Origin: an uncultured Clostridia bacterium
Lineage (GTDB): Bacteria > Bacillota > Clostridia > Christensenellales > UBA1242
Assembly (NCBI GenBank): GCA_944377315.1
Contig: CALWEM010000018.1
Coordinates: forward strand, 49,106 to 113,105
Length of the DNA stretch: 64,000 nt
Direction: 5' to 3'
The position numbers and the translations under genes are program-made. Below are positions 52,991 to 63,050 of the stretch, in pieces; the stretch's first letter is position 1; every line of letters begins with the position of its first letter. The notes under the pieces are model-generated. The model ran no database searches, was not told the origin of the DNA, and saw nothing but the letters and a program-made list of their open reading frames with translations.

Positions 52991-54409
52991 ATGATAAAAA
53001 TTGAAAATTTGACCAATGATGAGAAAGATTATTATGAATTTTTTCACAGCAATATTTTGAAAAATTCGCTTGTGAAACCAATGAAAATGACAGATGACAA
53101 AGAGAAAAATTTTAAGGCTTTGGTGGATTTTTGGGCTGACAAAAATTTCAAAAACTATGTGGATTTTGCCAATGGTATATACAAAACATATGTGGCACTT
53201 GGTCGTGAAGAAGAAGTTTTTGGATTTTTAAAATTGGAAGATATGCGAATCAAAAAGACCAAATTTCCAGCATTATATGAAAAGTTTATGAAGGACTTTT
53301 TGTTCACAGAAGAAGACAAACATTTTGGTTTTTCGCTTGCCAACTCAATTGAAGATTCTGTGAATTTTGTGTATGAATTTATGCTCAACAAAATGGCAGG
53401 AAATTTGAATTGTTTTTATTTTGATTTCAAAAATGACAAAAATGTTTTGATAACCAAATTTGTCACATACATCTTGAATAATGGCTACACCAATGCCTTG
53501 GACACAAAACAACTCTTTTTCAAAAACCCACCTGAAAATGTGGAAAAGGCCGGTGTGAGCCAAGAGAGATTGAAAGATATGTATGTGAAATTTGTGGAAA
53601 ATGTGGCGGAAAACTTTCGTGAGAATTTCAACTCAAAGTTTTTGTATTATATGACAAACAAGGCTGATTCAAATTGGAAAAAACTCAAGTTTTTCAAAAA
53701 TCATCTTGAAGAATTTATGACGGAAGAAACAAAAGAAAGTTTGAAGGAATATATCGACAAAGTTTCCTATCTCAATGATGATATTTCCTATCAAGAATTC
53801 AAAATGGGTTCTTCTTTTGAAGGTCGACACGGCGAATATTATATTACCATCAAAAATGTGCTTACTGCACTTAAAAATATTGAAGAAAACAAGCAAAAAA
53901 TTGGAATTTTTCTTGAAGATACCAAAAAAATCAGGAAAGCACTTCTTTCAACCGACAAACCGGGGAAAATTTATCCAGTCAATTATTTCAAGGTGACTGA
54001 TATCGACCCGGGCAATTTCCTTCATTTAATTAACTTGGCAAGCAAGTTGCCTTTTGAAGAAAAAGAACAAAAACTTTTGGCAGAAACAAAGGATTTGATA
54101 AGGCGTGCTTTCACAGAAACCAACCTTTTCAATAAGGGGAAGAAAGAAAAGATATTTGTGAACAGACTGGAAGATGCTGTCAGTTATGTGCAAATGGTGA
54201 TGGGGCTGAACAAAACACAAAAAATCAACGAAATTTGTGAAAAAGAGTTGAGAGAAATGCCAGAGAAAGTCAAAGAAATTATGCGTGAAGAAAACTTGCC
54301 AATCACTGTTCCGTGCATAAAAGAAGTGTTCAATTCTTGCATAAAAGGCGAAAAAGCGGTTTGTCTTCAAGAAGAACCACAAAAAATAAATAAAGATTTG
54401 GGCAAATAA
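52991..54409 (+). CDS. Hypothetical protein (472 aa)
   Basis: Long ORF with RBS agaggt. No recognisable motif. K/E/F/N-rich and predicted helical. Confidence 0.6.
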   Translation: MIKIENLTNDEKDYYEFFHSNILKNSLVKPMKMTDDKEKNFKALVDFWADKNFKNYVDFANGIYKTYVALGREEEVFGFLKLEDMRIKKTKFPALYEKFMKDFLFTEEDKHFGFSLANSIEDSVNFVYEFMLNKMAGNLNCFYFDFKNDKNVLITKFVTYILNNGYTNALDTKQLFFKNPPENVEKAGVSQERLKDMYVKFVENVAENFRENFNSKFLYYMTNKADSNWKKLKFFKNHLEEFMTEETKESLKEYIDKVSYLNDDISYQEFKMGSSFEGRHGEYYITIKNVLTALKNIEENKQKIGIFLEDTKKIRKALLSTDKPGKIYPVNYFKVTDIDPGNFLHLINLASKLPFEEKEQKLLAETKDLIRRAFTETNLFNKGKKEKIFVNRLEDAVSYVQMVMGLNKTQKINEICEKELREMPEKVKEIMREENLPITVPCIKEVFNSCIKGEKAVCLQEEPQKINKDLGK

Positions 54410-54526
54410 TTCTTTTTTCATAATAAAAATGTCCTAAAATATGGACATTTTTTTGATTAAATAAAGGACTTTGAAAAGTTTTGTGGTATAATAAGGTTAA
54501 ATTGTGTTTTTTAAAGGGGAATAAAT

Positions 54527-56296
54527 TTGCAAAGTAAGGGTTTTTCATTTGAATGGCTTCAAGAACTCAAACGAAAAAACGATTTGGTGAGTGTGGCTTC
54601 AAATTATCTTCGCATTGAACAAAAAGGGCGAAGATTTTGGGCTTGTTGTCCATTTCACAGCGAAAAAACGCCATCTTTTTCAATTAATGCGGAAGATGGA
54701 ATTTATTATTGTTTTGGTTGCAAAGAAAGTGGCGATGTCATCAAATTCATCGAAAAAATGGAAAATCTTGATTTTTACGATGCTGTGAAGTTTTTGGCTG
54801 AACGCTCGGGAATGCCAATGCCAGAACTTGAAAGCACACAAGAAATTGGCAAAAAGAAAAAACTCAAGGAAAGAATTTTGCTGGCACTTGATTATGCTTA
54901 TAAACACTATGTGGAAAACCTGTATTCAAAGGACGCTGTCAAAGCACAAGAATACATAAAAAAAAGAAAGTTTACGCGAAGAGAATTGGAAGATTTCAAA
55001 ATCGGCTATTCAAAAAGTTGGACAGACATTGTTGACCACTTGCACAAAAAAGGGTTCAGTGATGAAGAGTTGATTTCGGCGGGCATTTGTGGCAAGAAAA
55101 ATAATCATATTTTTGATGTTCTGGGTGAGCGTTTGGTTTTTCCAATTTTTAATTCTTTTGGTGAATGTATTGGCTTTTCGGCAAGAGCACTTGAAAAAAC
55201 AGATTTTGCAAAATATAAAAACACAGCCGAAACTCTTGTTTTTCAAAAAGGTAAAATTGTGTTTGGGATTAACCTTTTGAAACAACTAAAACAACAACAA
55301 GGCTTGAGCAAGATAATTTTGGTGGAAGGACAAATGGATGTCATCGCGATGCACAAAGGTGGATTCAAGTCCACTGTGGCTTGTATGGGAACAGCGTTGA
55401 CGACTGACCACGTGAACGAACTCAAAAGATATTCAAACAACATTGTTTTGTGTTTTGATAACGATGAAGCGGGTGAAAAAGCCACTTTGCGTGCGATTGA
55501 AATGTTTCGCAATGAAGGTGTTGACTTGAAAGTGGTGAATCTTGAAGGTGGAAAAGACCCAGATGAAGTTTTAAATAATATCGGCAAGGAAAAATTGCAA
55601 GAGATGATTGACAATGCCGTGCCATATATGGACTATCTCATCAATTATCATCTAAAAAAACACGACCTTAAAAAACCGGAAGAGAAAAACCGCTTTGTGA
55701 AGGATGTGTTAAGTGAAATCAAAAAACTTAAAAGCGAACCGCTTTTTGAGCCATATCTTGAAAAAGTGCGTGACTTGACAAACATTCCGATTGAGATATT
55801 AAGACGCGAAATTGGCGAGAATGTGAAGTTTGCATCCAACGAGAAAAAACAAGTGGTGATAAATAACGAGCAAGGAAACAACAAGGCAGTGGAATATATT
55901 TTGGCTTCTCTTCTTCATCACAAAAAATATGTGAATGAAAGAATAAACTATCGCGAACTTTTGGAAGAATATGGAAAATATTTGGATATAATTGATATGA
56001 ATTTACCACTTTCTTCCATCTTTGACCTTGAAGGAACAAATGATGACAAATTGTTGCTAAATATAATAAACTATAATTTCAGTTTATATGAGAATGTGGA
56101 AGAGAGATATTTTAATGAATGCCTTTGGCTTGTTGCCGAAGAAAAATTGAGAAAAAGACAAGTGTCACTTAATTTGGAATTTAAAACTTGTGAAGATCTT
56201 GAAGAAAGAACCTTGATTGCCAAAAAACTTATGAAAGTGACAAATGATTTAAAAAATAAAAATTTGGAGGTTTTCAATGTCAGAAGAGAAAATTGA
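54527..56296 (+). CDS. dnaG: DNA primase
   Basis: TTG start. CHC2 zinc finger [15 protein letters not shown]...[21 protein letters not shown] motifs [13 protein letters not shown] and [12 protein letters not shown]. Confidence 0.95.
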   Translation: MQSKGFSFEWLQELKRKNDLVSVASNYLRIEQKGRRFWACCPFHSEKTPSFSINAEDGIYYCFGCKESGDVIKFIEKMENLDFYDAVKFLAERSGMPMPELESTQEIGKKKKLKERILLALDYAYKHYVENLYSKDAVKAQEYIKKRKFTRRELEDFKIGYSKSWTDIVDHLHKKGFSDEELISAGICGKKNNHIFDVLGERLVFPIFNSFGECIGFSARALEKTDFAKYKNTAETLVFQKGKIVFGINLLKQLKQQQGLSKIILVEGQMDVIAMHKGGFKSTVACMGTALTTDHVNELKRYSNNIVLCFDNDEAGEKATLRAIEMFRNEGVDLKVVNLEGGKDPDEVLNNIGKEKLQEMIDNAVPYMDYLINYHLKKHDLKKPEEKNRFVKDVLSEIKKLKSEPLFEPYLEKVRDLTNIPIEILRREIGENVKFASNEKKQVVINNEQGNNKAVEYILASLLHHKKYVNERINYRELLEEYGKYLDIIDMNLPLSSIFDLEGTNDDKLLLNIINYNFSLYENVEERYFNECLWLVAEEKLRKRQVSLNLEFKTCEDLEERTLIAKKLMKVTNDLKNKNLEVFNVRREN

Positions 56297-57350
56297 AGAA
56301 GGAAAGATAAAACTTATGCACGAAAAACTCATTGCGCTTGCAATGAAAAAAGGTGCAATAAATGCTGATGATATTTATTTTGCTCTTTCCAAGGTGGGCG
56401 AAAACACGCAAAATATCGAAAAATTTATTGCCGAACTTGAAAAAAAGAATGTGAAAATCATCAAAACAAATGAAGAAGACCTTTTGAAAGATAGTTTTGC
56501 GGATATCGCATTGATGCCAAATGTGGATGATCCAGTGAAAATGTATCTCAAAGATATCGGCAAAGTGCCACTTCTGTCTGCAGACGAAGAGAGAGAATAT
56601 GCTGAACGCGCGATGAAGGGTGATGAATATGCCAAATCGGTTCTTTGCGAAAGCAATTTGCGTTTGGTGGTCAGCGTGGCAAAAAGATATGTGGGTAAAA
56701 CTTCAATGTCTTTTTTGGACCTTATCCAAGAAGGAAATATGGGACTTTTGAAGGCTGTCGACAAGTTTGATTACACAAAAGGCTTCAAATTTTCCACATA
56801 TGCAACTTGGTGGATTAGACAAGCAATCACAAGAGCAATGGCTGACCAGTCGAGAACAATTCGTATTCCTGTGCATATGGTGGAAACAATCAACAAATAT
56901 GTCAAGGTGGTCAGACAACTTATGCAAAAATTGGGAAGAGAACCAGCCGTGGAAGAAATTGCTTCGGAAATGGGCATAAGTGTCAACAAAGTGTTGGAAA
57001 TCAGACGCACTTCGCAAGACCCAATTTCTCTTGAAACTCCAATGGGCGAAGAAGATGATGGAAAGATGGCTGATATCATTGAAGACGAGTCAGCACAATC
57101 GCCAATGGACAGTGCTTCTCAAAGTTTGCTTCGTGAACAACTTTTGGCAGTCATTGACACATTAACTCCAAGAGAACAAGAAGTGATACGACAACGCTAT
57201 GGTCTTATGGACGGCAAACAAAAAACTCTTGAAGAAGTTGGAAGAGAATTCTCTGTCACAAGAGAAAGAATACGACAAATTGAAGCAAAAGCGTTGAGAA
57301 AACTCAAACATCCAAATCGCAGTAAACGCTTGGCGGATTTTGTGGAATAA
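56277..57350 (+). CDS. rpoD: RNA polymerase primary sigma factor (sigma-70/SigA)
   Basis: Region 2 [40 protein letters not shown]. Region 4.2 [29 protein letters not shown]. Overlaps the dnaG 3' end by 20 nt. Confidence 0.97.
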   Translation: MSEEKIEEGKIKLMHEKLIALAMKKGAINADDIYFALSKVGENTQNIEKFIAELEKKNVKIIKTNEEDLLKDSFADIALMPNVDDPVKMYLKDIGKVPLLSADEEREYAERAMKGDEYAKSVLCESNLRLVVSVAKRYVGKTSMSFLDLIQEGNMGLLKAVDKFDYTKGFKFSTYATWWIRQAITRAMADQSRTIRIPVHMVETINKYVKVVRQLMQKLGREPAVEEIASEMGISVNKVLEIRRTSQDPISLETPMGEEDDGKMADIIEDESAQSPMDSASQSLLREQLLAVIDTLTPREQEVIRQRYGLMDGKQKTLEEVGREFSVTRERIRQIEAKALRKLKHPNRSKRLADFVE

Positions 57351-57362
57351 AAGGAGAAAGGA

Positions 57363-58064
57363 ATGGATTTAACACAATTATTGAAATATCAAGACACTGA
57401 TGCAAAATTGTTTTCAATTGAGCAAAAACTTGTTGCCAGTCCACACAAGAAAAAGGCAAATGAACTTGCTCTTCTTGCCAAAAAGGCGCAAACAAAATCG
57501 ACAGAATTGGAAAACGAAGCAAACAATGTTTTGAAAGAAATTGATGAGCTTAAGAACAATTTTAATCAGAACAAAAAGAGTTTGGATTCGCTTCTCAAAA
57601 AGGAATTGGATTCACTTTCAATGGAAGAATTGGACAAACTTTCCACTTTGAAAGGAAAAATATTAAGCAATCTCAATTCACTTGAAAAAATGCTTCAAAA
57701 AAGTGCGGAAAAAATCAACAGTATTTTGGTGGAGTTTAACAAGACCAAAAAGATGTATGACAGTGCAAAAGCACAATTTGAAGAATGCAAAGCAAAAATT
57801 CAAGAAGAAACGAAAATGCTCGAGCCAGAAAAAGAAAAACTCAAAAAAGAACTTTTGGAACTTGAAAAAGCGGTTAATCCAAAACTTATGGAAGAATATA
57901 AAAAGCGAAGAAACGACAATATTTTCCCAGTCATTGTTTCTCTTGAAGGCAAAAACTTCTGTGGCAGATGCCGAATGGAATTGCCAATGGCTGCAATATC
58001 AAAAATAAACGACACAGGTGTGATAACTTGTGAGCATTGCAAAAGATTAGTTTATAAAAAGTGA
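57363..58064 (+). CDS. COG1579-type coiled-coil protein with C-terminal C4 zinc ribbon
   Basis: Long coiled coil. C-terminus is CGRCRMELPMAAISKINDTGVITCEHCKRLVY. Confidence 0.8.
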   Translation: MDLTQLLKYQDTDAKLFSIEQKLVASPHKKKANELALLAKKAQTKSTELENEANNVLKEIDELKNNFNQNKKSLDSLLKKELDSLSMEELDKLSTLKGKILSNLNSLEKMLQKSAEKINSILVEFNKTKKMYDSAKAQFEECKAKIQEETKMLEPEKEKLKKELLELEKAVNPKLMEEYKKRRNDNIFPVIVSLEGKNFCGRCRMELPMAAISKINDTGVITCEHCKRLVYKK

Positions 58065-58071
58065 GGTTAAT

Positions 58072-58692
58072 ATGGATAAATACGAATTGGTTGGAGAAAA
58101 GGAAATCAAACTTCTTAATGGCAGAAAAGTGGCGGTATACAGAATTCGAGCGCTTAAAAGTTTTAAGAATGAAGCCACAAGAATGGAAGTGAAAAAAGGT
58201 GAGTTGGGTGGCAAAATAACTCCGAACGCCTTATCACAAAACGGCACTTGTTGGGTGGATGAAAGCAGTCTTGTTTTGGACAGCGAAGGAATGACAAGAG
58301 TGACCGGCGATTCATATGTTGGAAGCAGTATTCTTGCTGGGAATATCAATGTTTCTGACAGTGCAGTTGTGGCATATTCACAATTAAGAAACAAAGAAAA
58401 TGCTTGTATGGAAATTGTGGAGAATGCTCGCGTTGTTGGCACAAAAATGACAGATAATGTTAGAGTTGCTGGCAGAGCAGAAGTTTCAAACTGCGAAGTT
58501 AGTGGTCAAGTTTTGATTGACGGACAAAGTTTCCTTGAAAATTGCAATGTAACAAACAACAGTGAAGACAAAACCAAAGTTGTCACCATTCGTTTGTTTG
58601 GAACAAAGCAAAGCGACATCACATTGCACGACAGAAGAATCACCGAAAAAACACCGATAGTTAATGATGTGAATGGCAAAGAAAAAACTTAA
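58072..58692 (+). CDS. YdcK-like left-handed beta-helix (hexapeptide-repeat) protein
   Basis: N-terminal pattern KYELVGEKEIKLLNGRKVAVYRIRALKSF...VKKGELGGKI...LSQNGTCWVDESS resembles E. coli YdcK. It is followed by imperfect hexapeptide-like repeats (GDSYVGSSILAGNINVSDSAVV...). Confidence 0.55.
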   Translation: MDKYELVGEKEIKLLNGRKVAVYRIRALKSFKNEATRMEVKKGELGGKITPNALSQNGTCWVDESSLVLDSEGMTRVTGDSYVGSSILAGNINVSDSAVVAYSQLRNKENACMEIVENARVVGTKMTDNVRVAGRAEVSNCEVSGQVLIDGQSFLENCNVTNNSEDKTKVVTIRLFGTKQSDITLHDRRITEKTPIVNDVNGKEKT

Positions 58693-58735
58693 AAAATCAA
58701 AAAATTAGAAAAAAATAAATAAAAAAACTAAAAAA

Positions 58736-58769
58736 ACGCCAAAAATAATGTATTTTTTGGTGTTTTTTC
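58736..58769. terminator. Bidirectional terminator between convergent genes
   Basis: Stem acgccaaaaa(t) / attttttggtgt with one G-U pair, flanked by A-runs on the left and T-runs on the right. Confidence 0.6.
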
Positions 58770-58872
58770 ATATATTTTATTCAGCGATAAAATAAGAACA
58801 AAAGTTTTTTCAATGAATTTTTTAATATTTTTTTTATTTTAAAATTATAATAAATTGATTTAACACTGAATT

Positions 58873-60006
58873 TTAGGAAATTAATTTTTTATTTTTCAAA
58901 AGGTTTTTTATGGCGTATATAAGTCTTTCCACTTCTTGAAAGGTGTTTGTGAAAGAGAAAGAAACTCGAACAACTCCGCTTTCAAGTGTGCCCAGTTCTC
59001 GGTGTTTTAACGGAGCACATTGATAGCCACCACGAACACAAATTTCATATTTGTCATTGAGAAAGTTTGCCACTTCGCTTGACGGAACACCTTCAATATT
59101 AAAAGCAAAAACTCCGCTTGTGTTTTCGGTGGAAGTGTAAATTTTGATGGGTAATTTCGAGAATTCATAGTGAAGATAAGTGGTCAAATCTTCCAATTTT
59201 TCTTTGATTTCCAAGAAATTTTCTTCAACGAAATCAATGCCGGCTCCAAAACCTAAAATGGCAGGAGTGGGAATTGTGCCACTTTCAAAGCGCTCGGGTG
59301 AAAATTCTGGCTGGTGCAGTTCCAGTGAGTTTGTGCCAGTTCCACCGAACAAAATTGGTGAAAGTGAAGTTTTTTCATCTTTCAACAAAACACCGACACC
59401 TTGTGGTGAATAAAAGCCTTTGTGCGGAGAAAAAGTGAGCATATTGATGCCCATTTTTTTCATATCATATCGAAAATGTCCGCCACTTTGAGCGCCATCC
59501 ACCAAAAAGGTTATATTTCTTTCTTGAAGTTTGTTGCCAATTTCTGAAATATCAGCGATATCGCCATTGACATTTGAAATATGATTGCAGATGACGAGCG
59601 TGGTGTTGTCTTGAAGTTCTCTTTCAATATCTTCCCAAACAATTCCTGCTTTTTGAGATTGTGTTGCAATGCTGTAAGTTATTTCACCCTTGTCTTTAAG
59701 ATGTTGCAAAGGTCGAAGAGAAGAATTATGCTCATTTTCAGTGCAGACAATGTGTCCGCCTTTTTGAAAACCAAGAATGGCAAGGTTTAATGCGTGTGTG
59801 CAACCGCCAGTGAAGATAACTTCATCGCAATTGGTGTGTTTCTTAAGTTTTTCACGAACCTTTTCCACTTCCATTGCGGTTTTGATGGCTTCCATATGTC
59901 CACTTCGCCCTGGATTTGCAGAGAATGTGGTTAGACTGGACAAAACAGCGCGTTGAACGCATTTTGGTTTCATAAGAGTTGATGCAGAATTATCAAAATA
60001 TATCAT
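58873..60006 (-). CDS. Class V aminotransferase-fold cysteine desulfurase family protein
   Basis: Start reset to MIYFDNSAST (ATG 60006, RBS aaggaag). PLP-lysine motif FSPHKGFYSPQGVG. C-terminal catalytic-Cys motif VRGGYQCAP (compare SufS RTGHHCA). Confidence 0.85.
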   Translation of the reverse strand: MIYFDNSASTLMKPKCVQRAVLSSLTTFSANPGRSGHMEAIKTAMEVEKVREKLKKHTNCDEVIFTGGCTHALNLAILGFQKGGHIVCTENEHNSSLRPLQHLKDKGEITYSIATQSQKAGIVWEDIERELQDNTTLVICNHISNVNGDIADISEIGNKLQERNITFLVDGAQSGGHFRYDMKKMGINMLTFSPHKGFYSPQGVGVLLKDEKTSLSPILFGGTGTNSLELHQPEFSPERFESGTIPTPAILGFGAGIDFVEENFLEIKEKLEDLTTYLHYEFSKLPIKIYTSTENTSGVFAFNIEGVPSSEVANFLNDKYEICVRGGYQCAPLKHRELGTLESGVVRVSFSFTNTFQEVERLIYAIKNLLKNKKLIS

Positions 60007-60113
60007 ATGCTTCCTTTCAAAGATTTTAACAATCTTTTCTATTAATATATATAATAATATTGAGAAGATTTTGTGCATACAAAGTTTTCATCAAAAAAAA
60101 TCTGGTGGGAATT

Positions 60114-60371
60114 ATGAATTACTATATTGCAATTTTCAAGTCCCGTTCCAGTGCGGTCAATTTTTCAAATTTATTAAGAATGAGAAATATTCCTTGTGCA
60201 ATTGTGAACACTCCAACAAGCATAAAACAAAGTTGCGGACTTTCGGTGAAATTTTTGGGTGATTATTTTCTTGCTGTCAATGAAATAATTGCCTTGAATC
60301 CGTCACTTAATTTTGATGGTTTTTATTTTGTTGAAGACACTTGGAATGGGCAGAAAGTCAGAAGACTTTAA
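60114..60371 (+). CDS. DUF3343-like small protein (putative S/Se carrier-like)
   Basis: Start at MNYYIAIF (ATG 60114, RBS ggtggga). Pattern YYIAIFKSRSSAVNFSNLL...IPCAIVNTPTSIKQSCGLSVKF matches the DUF3343 shape. Confidence 0.65.
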   Translation: MNYYIAIFKSRSSAVNFSNLLRMRNIPCAIVNTPTSIKQSCGLSVKFLGDYFLAVNEIIALNPSLNFDGFYFVEDTWNGQKVRRL

Positions 60372-60567
60372 GGCAAAACTTTTTATAGTTTTGCTTACAT
60401 AAATTTTTTTTGAAAGAAAAATTGAAATAGAAAAATAAAATTAATTAAAAAAATAATAAAAAATACCCAAAAATTAATAAAAAATGCTTAAAAATGTGCA
60501 AAAATTGCAGAATTACGGTTTTAAAATTTTTTTGAATAAATATTTTAAGATTCCATAAAATATTATT

Positions 60568-61113
60568 ATGAAATATTTTTTGCCAATATTTTTTTCTTTT
60601 TCGTTTATCTTTTTGTTTATGTTTGGCATAAGTTGCTTCTATGGCATTATTTTTCCACTTAAATATAATGAAGAAATTGCTGTTGCAAGCGAGAATTTTG
60701 AAGTTGACCCAGTTTTGGTTGCAAGTGTGATAAAATGCGAAAGTGGTTTTCAAAGCGATGTTGTTTCCAACAAGGGTGCGGTTGGGCTTATGCAAATTTT
60801 GCCTTCGACTGCAGAGTATTTGGCGAAAAAATTGAATTATGGCGATTATGATTTGAAAAATCCAGCAGACAACATAAATTTGGGAAGTTTCTATCTCTCT
60901 CTTCTTTTGGAAGATTTTTGTGATGAAGAGTTGGCTCTTTGTGCATATAATGCTGGGCCACAAAAAGTCAAAAATTGGCTTTCAGACACAAAATATTCTT
61001 CAAATGGCAAACTCACAAAAATACCATACAAAGAAACTGAAGAATATTTGAAAAAGTGTGAGCAAGCGAAAAAATATTACAACACGAAAAGAAGTTATAT
61101 AGAAATTAGTTAA
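60568..61113 (+). CDS. Lytic transglycosylase (SLT domain), membrane-anchored
   Basis: N-terminal TM. Catalytic ESGF (KCESGFQS); also GLMQILPSTA and AYNAGPQKV. Confidence 0.85.
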   Translation: MKYFLPIFFSFSFIFLFMFGISCFYGIIFPLKYNEEIAVASENFEVDPVLVASVIKCESGFQSDVVSNKGAVGLMQILPSTAEYLAKKLNYGDYDLKNPADNINLGSFYLSLLLEDFCDEELALCAYNAGPQKVKNWLSDTKYSSNGKLTKIPYKETEEYLKKCEQAKKYYNTKRSYIEIS

Positions 61114-61229
61114 AGAAACATTTTAATTTTTGTATGTATTTTGTCCAAAATTATTTGAAAGAATTTTTTTATATAAATTTATTTTGAAAAAAAATTGATT
61201 TGTTCTATAATTAACTAAAGGGGGCAAAA

Positions 61230-62648
61230 ATGATAAAATTTGGAACAAGTGGTTTTCGTGCTGTTATCGGCGAAAATTTCACAAAAGAAAATGTGCAAAA
61301 ACTTGCGTATGCACTTAAAGAATTGATAAAGAAAGAAAAGGTGGACAATCCAATTGTGGACATTGGTTTTGACAATCGATTTATGGCGAAAAATTTTGCT
61401 ATGTGGATAAGCGAAGTCCTTATTGCCAGCAACATCAAAGTGAACTTCTTTGAAGAGGCAACTCCAACTCCAGCAATTGCCTATTTGTCCAAAAAACACA
61501 CTTTCGGCATTGTTTTGACGGCGAGTCATAATCCTTATTATTATAATGGTGTCAAGGTCTTCAAAAATAGTGGCGAAGTTGTGGATAAATATGCACAAAA
61601 AATTGAAAGCGTGGCAAACAAAATTGAGTTTGAAAAAATAAAGACAATGCCATTTGAAGAAGGGGTGAAAAAAGGACTTGTCAAACTCACAACAAATTTA
61701 ACTCAATATGAAAAAAGTGTTATTTCATATCTTGACAAGGACAGAATCATAAAGCATAATCCAAAAGTTTTGTTCAATGCAATGCACGGAAATTCCAGCA
61801 AGGCAATTCGTGAAATTTGCGAAAAAATTGGGTTTTCAAATTTTGAGATTATGAAAGAAGATGTTGACCCATATTTTGAAGGCGGGTTGCCAGCTCCATA
61901 TCTCAAAAATTTGACCGACCAAAAGGCGAGAGTTGTTAATGAGAATTTTGAAATTGGTTTTGGGCTGGATGGCGACAGCGACCGTCTCACAGTGATTGAC
62001 AAAAGTGGAGAAGTTTATGATTGCAACTATGTTCTCACCGTTCTTTTTGAGTATCTTGTCAAAGTGAAAGGTCTTCGTGGTGGTGTGGCACATAACACAA
62101 TTTTTTCAAGTTTGATAAGTTTGATTTGCAAAACGCTTAATGAGAAAGAAGTTTTGACCAAAGTTGGTTTCAAAAATGTGGCAGAAAAATTTGAAACAAC
62201 CACTTGCTTTTTGGGTGGAGAAACAAATGGAATTTCTTTGAAGACCCACACATATGGCAAAGACGGAATTTTGGCAAGCTTTTTGGTTTTGGACCTTATT
62301 TCATATTATCAAAAAACTTTCAAGGAGATTTTGGATGATTTGAAAGAGCGTGTGAATTTTCCTTCTTGTGCAATTGAGTTTGCATATCCAATCACACTTG
62401 AAAAGAAACAGGAAATAAACGAACAAGTGTTTGTTAGAAAAGAAGTGCCATCGCTTAACCTTAAAATTTTGAAAACCACATATGATGACGGCTTCAAGAT
62501 GTTTTTTGAAAATCATTATTGGGCAGCAATTAGATTTAGCGGGAATGAAAATGTGGTGAGAATTTTCACGGAAATGGAAAATCTTGACAAGGCAAATTCA
62601 ATGATATCAAAATTGGAGAAGTTTATTGGTGTGAAAGTGCGACAATAA
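61230..62648 (+). CDS. Alpha-D-phosphohexomutase family (phosphoglucomutase/phosphomannomutase)
   Basis: Active-site TASHNPYYYNGVKV, metal loop GLDGDSDRL, sugar loop GGETNG. Confidence 0.9.
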   Translation: MIKFGTSGFRAVIGENFTKENVQKLAYALKELIKKEKVDNPIVDIGFDNRFMAKNFAMWISEVLIASNIKVNFFEEATPTPAIAYLSKKHTFGIVLTASHNPYYYNGVKVFKNSGEVVDKYAQKIESVANKIEFEKIKTMPFEEGVKKGLVKLTTNLTQYEKSVISYLDKDRIIKHNPKVLFNAMHGNSSKAIREICEKIGFSNFEIMKEDVDPYFEGGLPAPYLKNLTDQKARVVNENFEIGFGLDGDSDRLTVIDKSGEVYDCNYVLTVLFEYLVKVKGLRGGVAHNTIFSSLISLICKTLNEKEVLTKVGFKNVAEKFETTTCFLGGETNGISLKTHTYGKDGILASFLVLDLISYYQKTFKEILDDLKERVNFPSCAIEFAYPITLEKKQEINEQVFVRKEVPSLNLKILKTTYDDGFKMFFENHYWAAIRFSGNENVVRIFTEMENLDKANSMISKLEKFIGVKVRQ

Positions 62649-62791
62649 AAAAGTTTTGAAATTTTCGTTGATTTGTGTTTACATAAATAAATATAAAAAA
62701 CACCTATCTTTATTTGAAATCAAACAAGTTTCAAGATAAATTTAGGCGTTTTTTTATTGTCAAAAATTTTCAAAGCATAGGACAAAGTGTT

Positions 62792-62879
62792 TGGCGGAGA
62801 GTGGCGGATTCGAACCGCCGAAGGCTTTCACCTTACCGCTTTTCGAGAGCGGCACATTCGACCACTCTGACAACTCTCC
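62792..62879 (-). tRNA. tRNA-Ser (anticodon CGA)
   Basis: Reverse complement: GGAGAGTTGTCAGAGTGGTCGAATGTG CCGCT CTCGAAA AGCGG TAAGGTGAAAGCCTTCG GCGGTTCGAATCCGCC ACTCTCC G CCA. Long variable arm. 88 nt. Confidence 0.93.
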
Positions 62880-63007
62880 AAGTCTTCTATATTATATATT
62901 TTTTGTTCAATATTTTCAAGTAAAAATCAAAAATTTTTATTTTTTTTATTTAATTTAATGATATTTTTGAGATTTTTTCCAGTTTTTTTGCATTTTTTTA
63001 CTTTTTA

Positions 63008-63036
63008 TTGCCACAAAAATAAATTTGTGATATAAT
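63008..63036 (+). promoter_or_regulatory. Near-consensus sigma-A promoter with extended -10
   Basis: TTGCCA (63008-63013), 17-bp spacer ending in TGa, TATAAT (63031-63036). It lies 15 nt upstream of the tsaC ATG. Confidence 0.6.
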
Positions 63037-63050
63037 ATTGTGGATAAAAA

